Shown: positions 21,645 to 36,500, counted from the first letter of the stretch. The stretch is 64,000 bases of DNA from Monocercomonoides exilis PA203 (GCA_001643675.2 LSRY02000004.1:1364001-1428000); one strand, 5' to 3'. Numbers and translations: made by a program. Notes: generated from the sequence alone by a model not told the origin.

Positions 21645-23144
21645 TCAAATTTTCGATTGCTTGAAGGGAGTGCTAATTCCGAAATATGAAGTGGTACCAG
21701 TAGGGATATTTGTTGTTGGTTGAGGTGTCGTTGAAGAAGCTGACGATGCAAGCGGAATAAAAGATGGCGTTAATCCCAGCTCTGTTTGAAACCCTGAAGT
21801 TTCTTTCTTTTTAAATCCAAATTGCTTTTGTGCTTTTTTACTTACTAAAAAAAAACATGCATACAAAAAGAAATACAAAATCACTGAAAACATAAAATAA
21901 CAATCAAAATATCAAACATTTATAATCAAGGCCTTTTGTTTGTATTTTAACAAAGCCAACTCCTGAACCTTTCTGTACCAGTGATCCAAACGAATGACCA
22001 GTTAGCCCAACTTCTTCTTCTTCTTCTCCAAACATAATTTTGTTTTGTGCTTTTCTTATATCCGTAACACGATAACGTTCTTTCATCTTTCTAACTCTGA
22101 CTCCTCCTCTTCTCTTTTTCCGTTGAGTTGGAGGTAAAGGCCTTGGCTTTTCTTCTTTTATTGGTGGAGGCTCAAGTAATTTATCAATCTTAGCTTCCAA
22201 TTCGTCTTTGTAGTCTTGGCCCCAGCTGCCCGAAGGGCATTGTCCAGCAGCATCAATACGAGAACATAAAGATACTCTGAATCATTGATACAAGAATTAT
22301 AAATTTAACATTTATTCATTTTATAGCATTCATAATTATCAAAAACAGACCTTCCAGAAAGCATTTGAGTTGCTTTTTCTCTTAAAGTTTTTGGAGTACT
22401 TCGGACTAGTTCGCATTGTGTAATGAACGAACCTTTCAAGAATCCAACTTTTGTACCGATGGTAGTTGTTTTAACAGAAACCCCGCAGTACAGGATATCT
22501 CTTGAAGTCATCTTTGCCATTTTATCCAATCCACCTGCAGATGCGACAAGTTTTGCAGCTACTCCAGCTCCAACTAACCGTGAAGTATTTGGTGCAATAA
22601 ATTGTATTCGACTTTCAACAAATTGAACCAAAATCGATCTTAATGATTCAAGTTCCAATATTCGATCGCATCCTTCAATAACTTCTTCAAAAATGGACTG
22701 TTGGAGCGGTGATGATGATAAAGAAGAAGTTAATTTCAGAGACATTGCAACTTGTGGAGGAATAACAAGATTAAGTTGAGAAATTTCAAATGTAGTACTG
22801 TTTCCAATAGCTTTGCAGACTTTTGCATAATCAAAAGGATTTGTAACGATACCGTCAAGCTCAGGAAATTTTGGATGATACAATCCAGATATAACTCCGT
22901 GCAACTGTCTGACTTCATCTTCAATATTCTCAACAAAATAATTAGATTGTGCAAATAGATCGTATTCATCTCTTAAAAGCTTCTCATTCATATTGATTGG
23001 ACGTCCAAGATGAATCTGTTGTCTGATAACGTCGATGTGCGCACAAAAATTAGTATTTTTCAACAAAGAAGGAATTTCATTAATAGAAGTTATTACCGAT
23101 TGAAACTTCTCTTCAACTTGCTCCAAATCGTCGAGTGCACTCAT
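21645..23144 (-). CDS. PRP31: U4/U6 snRNP protein Prp31, 3 exons
   Basis: Nop/NOSIC motifs YHPKFPELDGIV, IAPNTSRLVGAGVAAKLVASAGGL, SRIDA; Prp31-specific KLLEPPP...RKKRRGGVRVRKMKERY...TDIRKAQNKIMFG and SGFQTELGLTP. Confidence 0.9.
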
Positions 23145-23667
23145 TTACTTACAAAAAATACTTTGTAAATTACTGAAAGAAACACAACAAATAAAACAAA
23201 AATGAGATAAAACAAATATGGGTGAAAAGATAATTAAGGTTCTTTCAGTTTATCTTTGAAATTTTTGAAAAAATAAAACTCAAAATGAATTGAAATATTC
23301 TTGAATAATTTGATTCAAATTTAACAATGAAACAATATTTTTGCTTCAACGATATGAACAACCGTTTATTTTTACGAAAATGATATCATATTGTTAAATG
23401 TCAAGCATTCTAATGCAAAAAAAGTGGATAATATGCATATATGCATACTATTTCATTCATTGAACACTAATTTTTTCATTTTCATTTTTTTTTTTCTGTT
23501 AAGTTTCAATAAATCCTTTTTTCATATTAACAGCTGTTTTAGTGTGAGGATTATCATAAATCTTTTTTCTTTTGAGTTGTTAAAGATTGTTGGGTTATGT
23601 CTCGAATAATCTTTTAAGTGCTGTGACCGAAATTAAAATTTTTATTTGTTAGAAATTTTTTTTGAAA

Positions 23668-26600
23668 TGGCTGGTAAAAAAAAAAAACAAATTATTATTG
23701 AGCCCATTCGTTGGCATGACCTTCGATCATGGCATCTCACTGATCAACCCCAAAATTTATTCAAAAATAATCTAATTTGACCTTTCATTTGACTCATATC
23801 TCTTCATAACTGTTGAAACGGTAATTGATTTTGAAGGAACAAATCCATCACATGTTCTCACAAAAATTTATAATCGTGGAGACTGCAGTTTTTAAATGTT
23901 AAAAGAAAACAGCATTGTTTCTGAAACTAATAAATGAAAATTTGCAATAAAGACACAATTTTATGCCCTGATAAAAACGCAAGGAACGTCTATCATTGTG
24001 TTTTCATTAAAGTCATAGAATATCAATTTTATTTTCACATTTTTTATAGGGAAAAAGTCAAATTAAATAAATCAAAAAATTGATGAATGAGGATTGTGGA
24101 AGTGCTTCATACCCTGGAGAATTCAAAATACAGAAATTCATGCAATTTCATTACATTTATTCTTAAATTCTTATTTCATTATCTGCACAAAAAACAAAAA
24201 TTTCCAATCCTTAAGATTAATATAGGGAATGATCGATCAGATGCCATGATCGGCAGTTATGCCAATATTTCTCTTCAGATCTGCACCATTTTAATATTTT
24301 TGAAATTGATTGTTTGAAATGTTTCTTTCTTCACAGAGGAGAAAGAGGCAAAAAGGCGCAACATCTTAGAGTCAATCAAATATGAGAAAATTTGGGAAAA
24401 GAGATAATGTGCTGTAATTGATGTAAAAAAGAATGGAGCATTTGTTAATGAATTGCTTTTTATCAATGTAGATAATTGCAAATGGTTCCTGCAAAACGAT
24501 AAGAAAAGACAATCAAATTATAAAGGAAAGAGAAGTGGGCTGCAGAGACGTTGAAACTTGGAAGAAATCAAAGAAACGGGACAAAGAGTTCGACAAACTA
24601 TTTTCAGTGGCATTTGACGGGGCGAGTAACGAGATTGAAACGGCGAAGCAGTGCAGTCATCTAACACAGCATATGGAGTTCATGAGGAAAATGATGAGAA
24701 TTTTATTATCATTTTTTTGAAGATTACCGAAAGATTTTGGCCAAAAGAAAAAGTTAATGTGGGGCTTGCAGAGAACAGGAAAGGGCGACAGAAGCGGATT
24801 TGAAAAGAATCATGAGCATGTGAATGGAGGAAAAGAGAAAAATCTCCAAAGCGTTTTTTTAAATTGGCAAGGCAGATGAAGAAGACGAACCATAATTGCC
24901 TGCAGAACAAGTCAGCACGCTGAGCGTCATTCGTTTTTCTTCAAGCTCAGATGAAAATCCCCACCAAATGAACAACTTACACTATCAGAGAGAATTGTTT
25001 CTCCTGGGTTTATTGGGCAGAGGAATAAAGAAAGATAAGGTTAGAGCACAACCCCGATGAAACTCAAAAGTTATCCGCTGAGCAGATTGACAGATTTCTG
25101 ATGAGAAACTCAAATACATGCATGATTGTCAGTGCGAACCTTTAATATCCACATTTGCGATACTGCTACCAACGCAATCGTATGATCCGTCGAATCAGAT
25201 GAAACAGCCACACAGTGAAATCACTTCTCCATTTACAAAAAATCTGAGGAAATCCTCTTCAGTAGCATCGTAACCAACGCACAAATCATTATTATATTCG
25301 AAGCAAAATACGGAAATGAAGTTAGAGGCTGCTTTATCTTCTGGTGAAGCATCTTTGGAAGCTTGTTTCAGCAGAATATATATGCTGCCTTATGACTCTT
25401 CATATTCTTCGTTTCTTTCAGAGCAAATTGTGCTCAAAAGAGAAGTGCTTCAAGTCCGATTACAGTCTCCTTGGTGGATATTGTGATGATTGGAGGATAC
25501 GGAGAGAGCTAGATGGAGGATTTTATGGAAGGAAACGAAGAAGGCCCAGAAGCAGGTTATAATTCATGCATTAATTTGAAGTGAGAATCAGAGATTTAAG
25601 AGTGGAGCATTGATGATGCTGCTGAGAATAGAAGAAAGAAAATAAAAGTGTAAAACAGACTTTGAAGAATAAGAAAAAGAAGGAGGAGGAGGAAAAAGAA
25701 AAGAGACAAGAATTGAAGAGGCTGAAAGGAGCGAGAGGGAGAGATGGAAAACGAAAACAGAAAAGAAAATTAGCATTGGAAGAGATGAGATATTTGAGAT
25801 TGGAGACACATCAGAAGAAGAGGACAAATGTCTGTTTGAAGCAGAAAAGATGAAAAGAAGGGGAAGTGTGACAAACGGAAAAGAGGAAGAAGAGCACATA
25901 TTATCGAGAAGTTATATTGTGGAGGCTGAAAAAGAAGTTGATAATATTATTTTGAAGGAAAGAAATGAGAGAGGGAGAATAACGAAGAATATTTTGAGGC
26001 AGGAAAAAGCAAGGGAAAAAGGAAAAAGAATTTGCACAGAAATGAATAAAAGAGTTTGATATTTGATGATGAGGATAACAACGATAACGAAGAAAAGAAG
26101 CTGGGGTTGGAAAAAGGATAAGAGAAAAGAAGATTTTGTTAGAAAGTTGCTCGTATCAATTGAGTGGAGAAAAGATAATGGGAAATGAAGGAAGGAGGAA
26201 ACACAGTGAAGGATCAAATAATGAATGTGAAGGGGAAGAAGGAAAAAGCTTTGATATTGCGGTGAACAGCGTGAAGGATGCAGATCTGAGTAAGGTTGGA
26301 CTTGGAAAGCAGGTGAATATGGCTTTTGAAGGAAGCGAAAATCAAGTGAAACGGATGATAAATAAAGAAGAACTGAGAAGTTTTTGCTATTTAAGTTATT
26401 CGATACTGAAATGCAAGCATTTGGAATCAGAAAAAGAAAAGGATCTTTTTCGATTTCGAGCTTATTCCAAAATGAAAATAAATTGACCAATCCAATTACA
26501 ACATGAGATTATTGGGATGTGTGAATGAAGGGGAAAATTACGGTGTGGGGGACTTATTAAAGAAAAAAATAAACAGGAAAAGAGCATCAAGGAATAACTG

Positions 26601-27560
26601 TGTTCGCTTTCTGGAAGGTTTTGAACACTAAAGAGCAGCTGAAGGATTCGAACGAAAGGCAAAGCTTTGCAACATAATCAAAATCTGAAACGCAAAATAT
26701 TCATTTGGAATTATTGATTTGTCTTTTGTTTATCAATGGCTTGACAGATTGAAGTTTCACTTGACTTTCTGATTTCTATACGTTCTTTTTTAAACAAAAG
26801 AAGTTTTTTGCAATTGAACCGAAGATCGAAAGGTTTGCACGAAGGAAAAGAAGATAGTCTTGTGCAATAATTTTTGCAAAAAAAAGCTCTCGCGCTGTTG
26901 AAAAATGAAACTGCAACAGTTGCACAAAGTTTATTCAACTTCAACATTCATTTTCAAACATTTTTGTGCTTCGCTTTTCAATCTTTAACGTGTGCTCTTC
27001 GTTTGATGCTTTAAGCGATTGTTGTTTGTTTATTGTGCATTTGCCAAAATCATGCAAACAAGCAGTTTGGAAAGACAGAAACAGAAAAGACAACTGTTGG
27101 AAGCACTCTTTTCAAAAGCATTTTTTAATTGGTCAGAAAACCATTCATTATCCTCATTAAAAAATTAAAATTAACAAATAAAAATAAAGAAAACGAAATG
27201 AATTGCATCACACAATCAAATACCCACACCCAATCAAGACCAAAACCTGGCAATAAACTCAAAGAGGAAAAAATGGAACAAGAAAGTTTCAGAAAGTGGT
27301 TGGAAATGAATTGCCGCAAACCGAAAAAATGTTTTTTTGATTTCATTCAAGCAGCATTTGCAAGGCTTTTGCAATGTTCAGCTTGAACTCAGCTCGATAT
27401 TTCCGAAAGAGCAACGGATTGAACAACCGACACTTCCACAAGCATCAAAATATAACCGTTTTCAGATGAGCCGTCTTCGTATCAGAAAAGATCTCATTTC
27501 ATCATTTGAGTCTCTTTCATTGACAAATATTATTTATGCTTTTTGAAGAAGATGCAGTTG
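23668..27560 (+). pseudogene. Degraded coding sequence(s); part may derive from the surface-receptor family
   Basis: Coding-like composition with many stops; ~25310-25490 reads EASLEACFSRIY...SSFLSEQIVLKR...SPWWIL, loosely like the juxtamembrane EAEVSVCILFG...SSTESFVLKN of the neighbouring gene; E/K-rich fragments follow. Confidence 0.3.
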
Positions 27561-27575
27561 AAGCCATTTGTACAC

Positions 27576-30500
27576 TTACAATGATAAGAGCGAGCTGCTC
27601 GAGTCAGGGATCTGTGAGATGCGCTCAGATGGCATCTGATAATCAACTGCATCAGCGATGGTCATAACCATCACCCCTTCTGGAAAGTGCTGGAAGAACT
27701 CCTTCTTCAAATCATTAAGTGTCGGCCGATCATTTGGCTGTTGGCACAATATGCATTTAACAGTGTCACTCAAAGACGAGCTTTCAACAACCTCTGGTTT
27801 TGGTTTTTCTCCATTCATAATCTTCTGCCCCGCCACCTCAGCCTCACACTCTCCAAACGGAATCTTCAGCGTCAAGCACTCCCACAGCATCATCCCGATC
27901 GAAAAGGCAACAGATTCCTTCGTTGCCCCCATCTTCTTGTTGATCAGCAGCTCGGGTGCCTTCCACCTCAGACACTCTTTTTTGTAATCGTCCTCATCCT
28001 CAAAGGCTGATGAGGGCAGAGAACCGCTGTCATTATCATCACTGGCTGATGTCACAACAGTTGATGAAGAGATGGATGATGAGTCCGAATCATCAGAAGA
28101 GAAGTCGGAGTGCATCGCAATGCAGATGACCATATGTTCTGAAAACAGCACAATGTGCGGGCTCAGATTGGCAAGAGAAGAGAGCGGGTTGTCCATTTCA
28201 TCAAACGAGTGGAGCGCAAGATTGGCCACCCAGAACAGGATTTGGACAGCCGTATATTCTCTCTCCTGAAAGGTGCCAATTGCCATCTCTTTCTTCTCAT
28301 TCCTTCCGTGCAACAACATGAACAGTGAATCTCTCAAATCCACAATCAGTTTCTCATGAGGGGATGAGCAGGCCATTGCATCCACCAGATTCGACATGGA
28401 TGAGGTTGTTGGACACAGATCCTCTCTCCGAACAAAAGTGGAATCTGAATCAGTTGTTGAAGTGGATGAGATGGATGGCGATGGAGTTCTCTTCCTTATC
28501 TCTTCTTCTTCCTTTTCGTCAACCTTCTCCAACATCCATTCAGGAATCTTGTCTGAGTCTCTCCCCAAAATATATTCTGTTGAGCCGCACTCACTCAGCA
28601 AATGCTCCGATGACTCGGAATGCCCCAAGCTTTTCGCATATACTCTCTTCTTTATCCTCTCTTCGTTCTTCTTCTCTGCTTCCCTCTCGGCCCTTCTCCA
28701 CTGCTCCTCTGGCGACATCTCCATCGTCACCATCTCAAATGCTTTTGGATCCTTCTTCACTGTGTCTTCCACAATCACCTCCAGCTCTTCTGTCCTTCTT
28801 TTTTGTTTTCTCCATCGTATTGTTACAAGAATGGATGCAATAAGAACAATCAACAAAATCACGACCAAAACAATTATAATAACTGTTGAAGAGGATGATT
28901 TTCCTTCTTTTCCTCCCTCAACAATTCTTCCATCTCCTTTTATTTCAGATTCGCTTCTGTTCTTCAGAACAAACGATTCGGTTGATGAAGGAGAGTCTAT
29001 TCTTCCAAATAGAATGCACACAGACACTTCTGCCTCTTCTGGAGCCGAGCGGATGGCGCCTGATGGCAGCACCCCCACAGCCTCGCCCTCACCTGCAAAT
29101 CCGTCTGCCTCGAACTGGTGAGCTGCCATCGACGAGGCTGACCCAACGGTGGTTGCCATCTGGAACCACAGGTTGCACGGCAAGAGAAGCGATCCGTGGA
29201 ACTTCAATGTTGTCTCGCCTCCATCGTCTTCAGCCTCCACACCATCCAGTCGCGGAATAAAGAAAACAGAATCTCTTTCTTCAGCCATCCCTCCCACAGT
29301 GCACCCTTCATTCAGGATCCACATCGAGGTGTTTGGCAGCACCCCATCTCCGCCTTTCAAACTCAACACATCCAGCGATCCTGCATCTCCACACACAATG
29401 TTTCTTCTTGCTGATGGGTATCCTTCGATTGATGGATTATTGTTCGCAAACTCTCCTTTCTCGATGGTTGTGCTCCCTCCACGCACAGACAGGCCTCCTT
29501 CAGGCGAGTTGGCAAAGGAGGTGTCTTTCATCGCTGCTGTGCTGCTCGCAATCTCCACAAGCGATCCATTCCATCTGCATATTTCATCTCTTTCAAATTT
29601 TTCTTTCTCTTTCATTTGTTGATTTTCTTCAAGCGCACCCACAAACATGCATAAGCCCAAGCTCAAGCTTGTGCACTTACAAAAAGATGCTTCAACACCT
29701 TGAGTGCTTTTTGACTCACATACCACAAACGAACAGTTTTGCAATGCAATCTTCCCTTCTCCATCTACACATTCCACTCCACATGCTCCTTCACTTGTTC
29801 GGCTGACGTTGCTGAACTTCGATAACATCACATCCACTCTTTTCTCATCACCTCTCAGATGCTTTCTTCCTTTCTCATTTGGCGACATCCCACAATATTC
29901 ATTTCCTCCTTCTCTCAACACATTAACAACAGGCCCATCTTCAATCCTTACATCCACCACATCAAGTTCCTTAACATTCATCTCTCCATTCCTCAAGAAA
30001 ATCAACCCATTCATACTCTCACCTTGCTCCACCACAACTTCTGATAACTTCACCTCACACTCAACACATTCAACAAGTGAAGCGCACACAAACTGTGAAA
30101 CAATCAATCCAGTTATTGTGACTGATGATCTTTCTCCATGCATCAGCGTTGGCATTCGGCACTCATTGTATCCTTCAACTGGCTTCACCCAACATTCACT
30201 CATTGATAGTGTCCCCTCCTCCACACAAAATATCTGCTCGTGTTCTGTTGGAATGACTTCTGGAATCTCAAAGCTGATTCTCTCCACACTCACATTCACC
30301 TTGCACTCCACAACACAACCTTTCTCTTTCCTCGCCAATCTGCCCATCCCGACTGTTGCCCTGCTTCCCTTTGCCAGCAGTGTGAGATTCTCCAGCTTGA
30401 TCTCAGTTTCCACTTCACTTGCCTCATCCACCACAACTCGCGTTCCATACTCGTGCACAATGTGTTTCAGCCCATATCCCAGCGTTTCACAGCACTTGTC

Positions 30501-33500
30501 TTCTTTCCCACACTGTCTGTTGTTCTCCCCGCCTTTTTCTCCTCCAGAGCTCACAAAGATCGTTGACGACTGATATATCGTGATGAATGGCATCAAGTCT
30601 GTGTCTTCCCTGTGATCTGTTGTGTCTGATCCTGATATCATGTGCGCCTGCCCAGAAATGCCTCTCAAATCCATCACAAATTGTGTTTCGTTGATCTGTG
30701 AAGAGATATTGTGGCAAGCAACAAAAATGTGCCTCCCAATATATGCTGTGTTCCCTTCGAACTTATCTCCCTCAAACACAAAGTCCAACGCCCCATCAAC
30801 CTCTGCCCCAACATACACACCTCCCCCATGCCCGCTAATCCCTGAGCATCCACACTGCGCCACTCTGCTCTCACTCACACGGAGCCAACCTCCAGCGCTC
30901 ATCTGCCAACACATCCCTCCTCCTTTTGTGCTTCTTCCACATTTGCACCCCTCCACTTTCGTTCCATTCACCTCTGCCCCAACACTCACCTCTCCCTCGC
31001 TCTTTACCACAACAGCATCACTCCCTTCTCCATCCACCCACCCAATGCTCGAGTTCACAATCCCAATCCCTGCCTCTCGATCTTCAATATTCCTTTGACT
31101 TTTCCTTGCTTCCATCCCAACTCTCACAAATATCATTGCTCCACTTTTCACTTTGCATCCTTCCACTTTCAGTTCTTCTACAACACATCTGCACCCACTC
31201 TCAACAACAAATATCCCATTGCATACACTTTCTCTTTCCATCTCAATGCCCTTTCCCTTCAGCTCTCCTTTTATCAGGTGGACAAAAACAATCTCTCCAA
31301 CAAATTCATTTTCTTCAATTCTCAATGCGCATCTTGTGAGTGACAGAACACCTTCATTGTTTGCTATTATTGTTGCTCTCAAACACTCTTCAGCCTTCAC
31401 AACATCAAATCGGATCACTTCAAATTCTGCATTCTTGCTGTTCACCAGTCCCGCTCCTTCCATCCTCTGTTTCACTTCAACAACAATTGTTGCTTTCGCA
31501 TCCTCCTCAATCAATGTTTCTCCATGTGCCTCTATCTTTATTCCAGACACATCAAGCTTGTCGTCCATCATCGTTTTCTTTTTGATCTCGATCATTCTCT
31601 CTTCTTCACCATCCTCAACATGCATCAACCCTTGCCACAAGCTCATGCACGGATCTTCAATGCTCCCACATCTCATCACATCATATCCATCTTCTGCAAC
31701 ATGCACGATTCTATCCTTGAACGGAATAACAAAGCGCAATAAATCAGTGTGTGCGAAAACACTGTCATTCCCCACAAATCCATTTCTGTCGTCACTCCAA
31801 TTCCCAACATCAAACAAGAACGAATTCACACTCACACAGCCGTTCAGCTTCGATGCAAATATGAACATGTTTCTTCCAACAGCTGCTTTGTTCCCTTGCA
31901 TCTCGCATCCCTCGCCAAATATGAACGGCTTCTCTGCCTCGTTTCCCTGGCAGTCCATCCACAAAAACCCTCCTTTCCCTCCTTCTCCATCGCATCTACA
32001 TGATTTCATCTTTGTATTGTTCATTCTCATCTCTTTGCCATTGTCAATCACCACCCTCATCACTCCTCCTTCTCCTGAAACTGTTCTTCCACATGCTGAA
32101 AATTTGCACCCATCAACCACAATGCTTCCCTGAATAGAAAACCCTGTCTCTGCCATTTCAATCATTGACATCTCACATTCTCTCAGCCTCGCAATTCCAC
32201 CCTCTACAACCATTATTGCATATTTCCTCTCCCCAGTTCCATCTCCCACAAATGTGCATTTCTCAATCTCGACTTCAGCATTTTCTTCACCTTCTGCTGT
32301 TGATCTCGATAGAATCACAGCATTTATATCATGCACAAACTCGATTGGCAGCCCTATCTCCATCCCTCTCATCAGCATGCTTGCTGTGTTTCCAAGAACA
32401 GAACTGCCTTCTTCTCGCTCAATCATCGATTTCACTGTCAGTCTCGCACTTTCCGCTCCTTCATTCTTCACAATTTCATATGTGCTCATATCGTACATGT
32501 CTTCTATCTCAACAATTCCACTCACCTTCAGCGTCTTCTTCCCTTCCCATTGTTCTGCATTCTTGTATCCTCTCAAAAGTGTCTTGCACGGATACTCTCC
32601 ACTTCCACATCCAATTACATCAACACCAGTTCTGCTCACATCCACCACACCTCCCACATATTCCTTCAGAAACAAATCCAACGAAACAGCTCTTTCTTTG
32701 AAATATCCTTTGTCAATCCCTTCCATTCCGATACTCTCCCCTTCTCTCCCTCTGATATCCACAAATTTCTCCTTCACAACTCCCACAACCAGATCGTCAC
32801 ACTCCACAAAAACATCCTTCCCTTCTGCTGCACTGTTCCCTCCAAACTCAATATCATTCAGCGCATAGTCGATATTCGATCCTGCACATCCATAAAGAAA
32901 TATCCCTCCTCCTCTTTCTTGTGCAGAACATCCATTCACTTTCCATCCATCCAATTTAAACACTGATGCAACACTAAGCTCCGACCTTATCCCACCTCCA
33001 CCACTCTGTTCTTTACCCACAGAACATCCACTCATTGTGCAATTCCTCCCTTCCATTGTTATCCCATTTCCTCCTCCAAACGCAAAGCATCCCCCATCCC
33101 CTGTCCTTCGTTTCATCCCAACAACACTCACATTCTCCATCTCCACGTTCCAGCTTCCGCTCCATGTCCCAAATCCACTTTCGCATCCTTCCTTTCCCTC
33201 GAACTCACAATTGTGAATATGACTCTTTCCACTTGACGATACAACCACAATTCCATCAACTCCTGTTGATCCAACGCCCTTGCATATAATTCCGTCCATC
33301 TCCAACTCTCCTTCTCCTTTTACCGACAGCATCCTATTTCTACCAAAGATCACATGCTTTCCCTCCACTATTTCGCAATTCCTCATCACCAGTTTTCCTC
33401 CAGTCACTCGAACATATTCATAATCCACAGCAGTCACACCTTCCATCATCTTCATTTTGTTATTTTCCATTGTCAGCGTCTTGTCCATCACCTCAACAAA

Positions 33501-36500
33501 TGCCTCTCTTCCACAGAGTGACTCCTTCAGAACCAGTGCCATCTTCAAAATTTGAGTATCAGCTGAAAGCATGAGAAGTGCATCCTGTTGTTTTTCGATG
33601 TCTGAACCAACAACAATTTCACTCCACTCATTCACTGTGTCAAGTACAAAACTACCACCAACGATAACTGCCTCCTCATCGAGCTTATATCCTTCTCTCA
33701 TCCGAATTCTGTGCTCTTCTACTGATCCAACTGCATCAATCGCTCCTTGGATTGTCCGACATGCAAACATTTCACTTCCACACCTGCTGAAATCATGCAC
33801 ACCTTCTTCGCTTCCCACAATTGTTGGCACACTCACTTCTCTCAGATACACCACGAGAGCTATCACCAGCTTTTCATTTGCCGTGCTCCTCTCAAACCCA
33901 CTCAGCTCATTATACACATCCATATTCGGCTGAAGCCCAAGTGTTGTTGTGTTAATCACCTTCTGTAAATCATCTGCACTCACAAACATGTTCTTCCCAA
34001 TCCTTGCCTCACAATTCGAAAATCCAACATTTTTCACCACAAAGTCTCTCATCCCCTCGCAGACATATAAATACACTCCTCCTCCATATCCTCCTCCACT
34101 ATTCCCTCTTGTTTCTGATCCTCCTGCACTGCATGACTCAAACATCGTCTTCTCATCAGAACTAGTCATGTTCCCAATCCCCACCCTGCTTCCCATCTTC
34201 ATCTCTAGCCACAATGCCCCACCGTTCCCACTCAAACATCTGCAGCCTTCAAATGAAATACCGTTCAGCTCCATTTCCTTTCCATCCTCCACAACTCCAC
34301 AAAACACACTCCCATCTCCTTCACTTCGTTCAATCCCCAAAAACATGCTCGCTTCAATTCTTGCAGTTCCAGCTGCACCAATTCTCACCATCTCCTGTTT
34401 GCTCTTCATCCATTTCATCGTAACATTGTTGCATGTCAACTCTCCATCACCAATCTCAATAACACTTTTCTCAAACACTTCTGCTTGCTCATCCCCTTCT
34501 GTGCTCCTTTCACTCTTCAATACTGCATCTCGAAGCTCTGCGACTCCTGCTCTCCCTTCAATCTTGAGCAGATGCGATCCTTTCCACAATCCAGAATTGT
34601 GAACCAGACATATCTTCACTATGACCAGCTTTCCACTTGTGATCTTCATCCCAGCACCTCCCTCAGCTCTTAGCTCCATGCTCGTCGATCTTGCCCCGCA
34701 GCCTTCAAATTTCATCCCTATTGCATTCACTTCCAGCGTAGCGTCACCATATATCCCTTCTCCGAGCACAAACTCTTGCATTTCTTTCCTCACATCAGAC
34801 ATCCACAGTGAATGGTTCAAAGTTTTGCATGGTCTTGCAGTTGTTCCGCATATCCACTCGTCTTTTCCATTCCCACAGTCTGCATGTACTTTTTCAACAA
34901 ATAAAGGAATCCAGTCATCACTCGCTGAACCTCCTTCAATCACAACTCTCCTTCCAGTCAAATTCGACGAAAGTGAACGGCACCCCACAAAGCAATCGGA
35001 GTTTATCACATTATTATACTGAGATGATGCATAGAAATCGTGATCTTCTTTGGCTGTATTGTTATCAAACAAACAGAAATTCATGCTAAATGCTGATGGA
35101 GAATTCAATTGGTATATCGTGCATACAAATCCTCCCCCTTTTGCCTGATATGCAGTGTTATTTTTGAAAAGGCAATTCGTGATTGTTACTTGATTTGAGC
35201 CCTGATCTTGTAAAGCTCCTCCTTTAACAGTTCCTCTTGTTGTTCCATTCACAAAACAGCACAACTCAAAAAGCGATGACTCACCATTTCTGAAATGGAC
35301 ACAATTTCCTCCATTGGCATCCCAACATGATGAAAAGTTTAACCCAACATACGTTCCAAGGGCAGCATTTATTAATGCTGTTCCTCCAGTGAATCCGTTC
35401 GACCAACAGAAAGAAAACGTGCAGTTTGTGACATTATGAGTCCCTTTATACAAACGCATTGCACCATCTGCTACTGAACCCCAACACATCTAATAATGTT
35501 TAAAGAATGTCACAAAAAAATAAATATGAAAGAGTGCTTCAAAACCAATAAAGAAAGAGCACACCAGAAAATCACATCTTGTAATTGTTGCTGATCCGAG
35601 TGAAACGTGATCAATTGCTCCACCATTGCTTCCAGTCAAATTCGTGAAAATACAATCAACAAATTCAGTATCTCCTTCTTTTGTCTCATATCTTTTCGTT
35701 ATTTCTGTTTTTGAGCTTTTCTCAAATGTGCTGTTAAATGACTCAAACATTCCGCTCTGCATCGTCAATCCTTCAAATATGCTTCCATAATATGCATTGT
35801 CCACAGAAGAAAACTTGCTGTTCCTTACCAAGTATTCTCCTCCAAGGATGTTTTCTTTCAGGCTTTGTGGACAAATATTTTGTTCAGCATTTGAATGTGA
35901 TATATTCTCAAATGTGCATCCACTCACAAGCACACCCTGTGAATCAGAACTTCCAACAAAAGGTTCAGTTCCATCAACGCAGAATGAGAAGAAATGACAG
36001 AAACTCAATTCCAAAAAGGAAAAGCCTTCAAAACAGTTTTTTGTTCTCCTATCATGCTGGAGGCTAGGTACAAAAGCATTCAATTTCTCAGGGGCAAGTG
36101 TAACATTCGAAAAAACAGTTCTTCCTCCAAAACTCTCCACAATCCATTTCCCTTGACTTTTTTCAATGGAAATTCGACAATCTTCAATTCTGGCACTTGA
36201 GAGCGAATCAATCAGAAACAAACTATTTCTGTTTGATGGGAAAAGATTCATCGCTCGAAATTCTATCGATGAGTTCTTTTCTTCAAAACTTCCATAAATG
36301 AAACTTCTTTCTTTTTTTAACTTCTCATTTTCAATACATTCTTTTTTATTCTTTGCTTTTATCTTCAAATTTGATTGAGAAAAGTCTTCAAAGCTCTGCA
36401 AGAAAGTCGAAAAAGTGTCTTTTGTATATTGTTGTTCTTTCAGATGTATTTGATTCAGCTGTCCAAATGAATAAGTACTTTCTTCATTTGCATCAGTGAA

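Noticed and set aside
27658-35089. Many 100-330-aa plus-strand ORFs overlapping the giant receptor
   Set aside because: Antisense shadows: the purine-rich sense strand leaves few stops on the opposite strand; products are S/P/T/F/L-rich with no motifs
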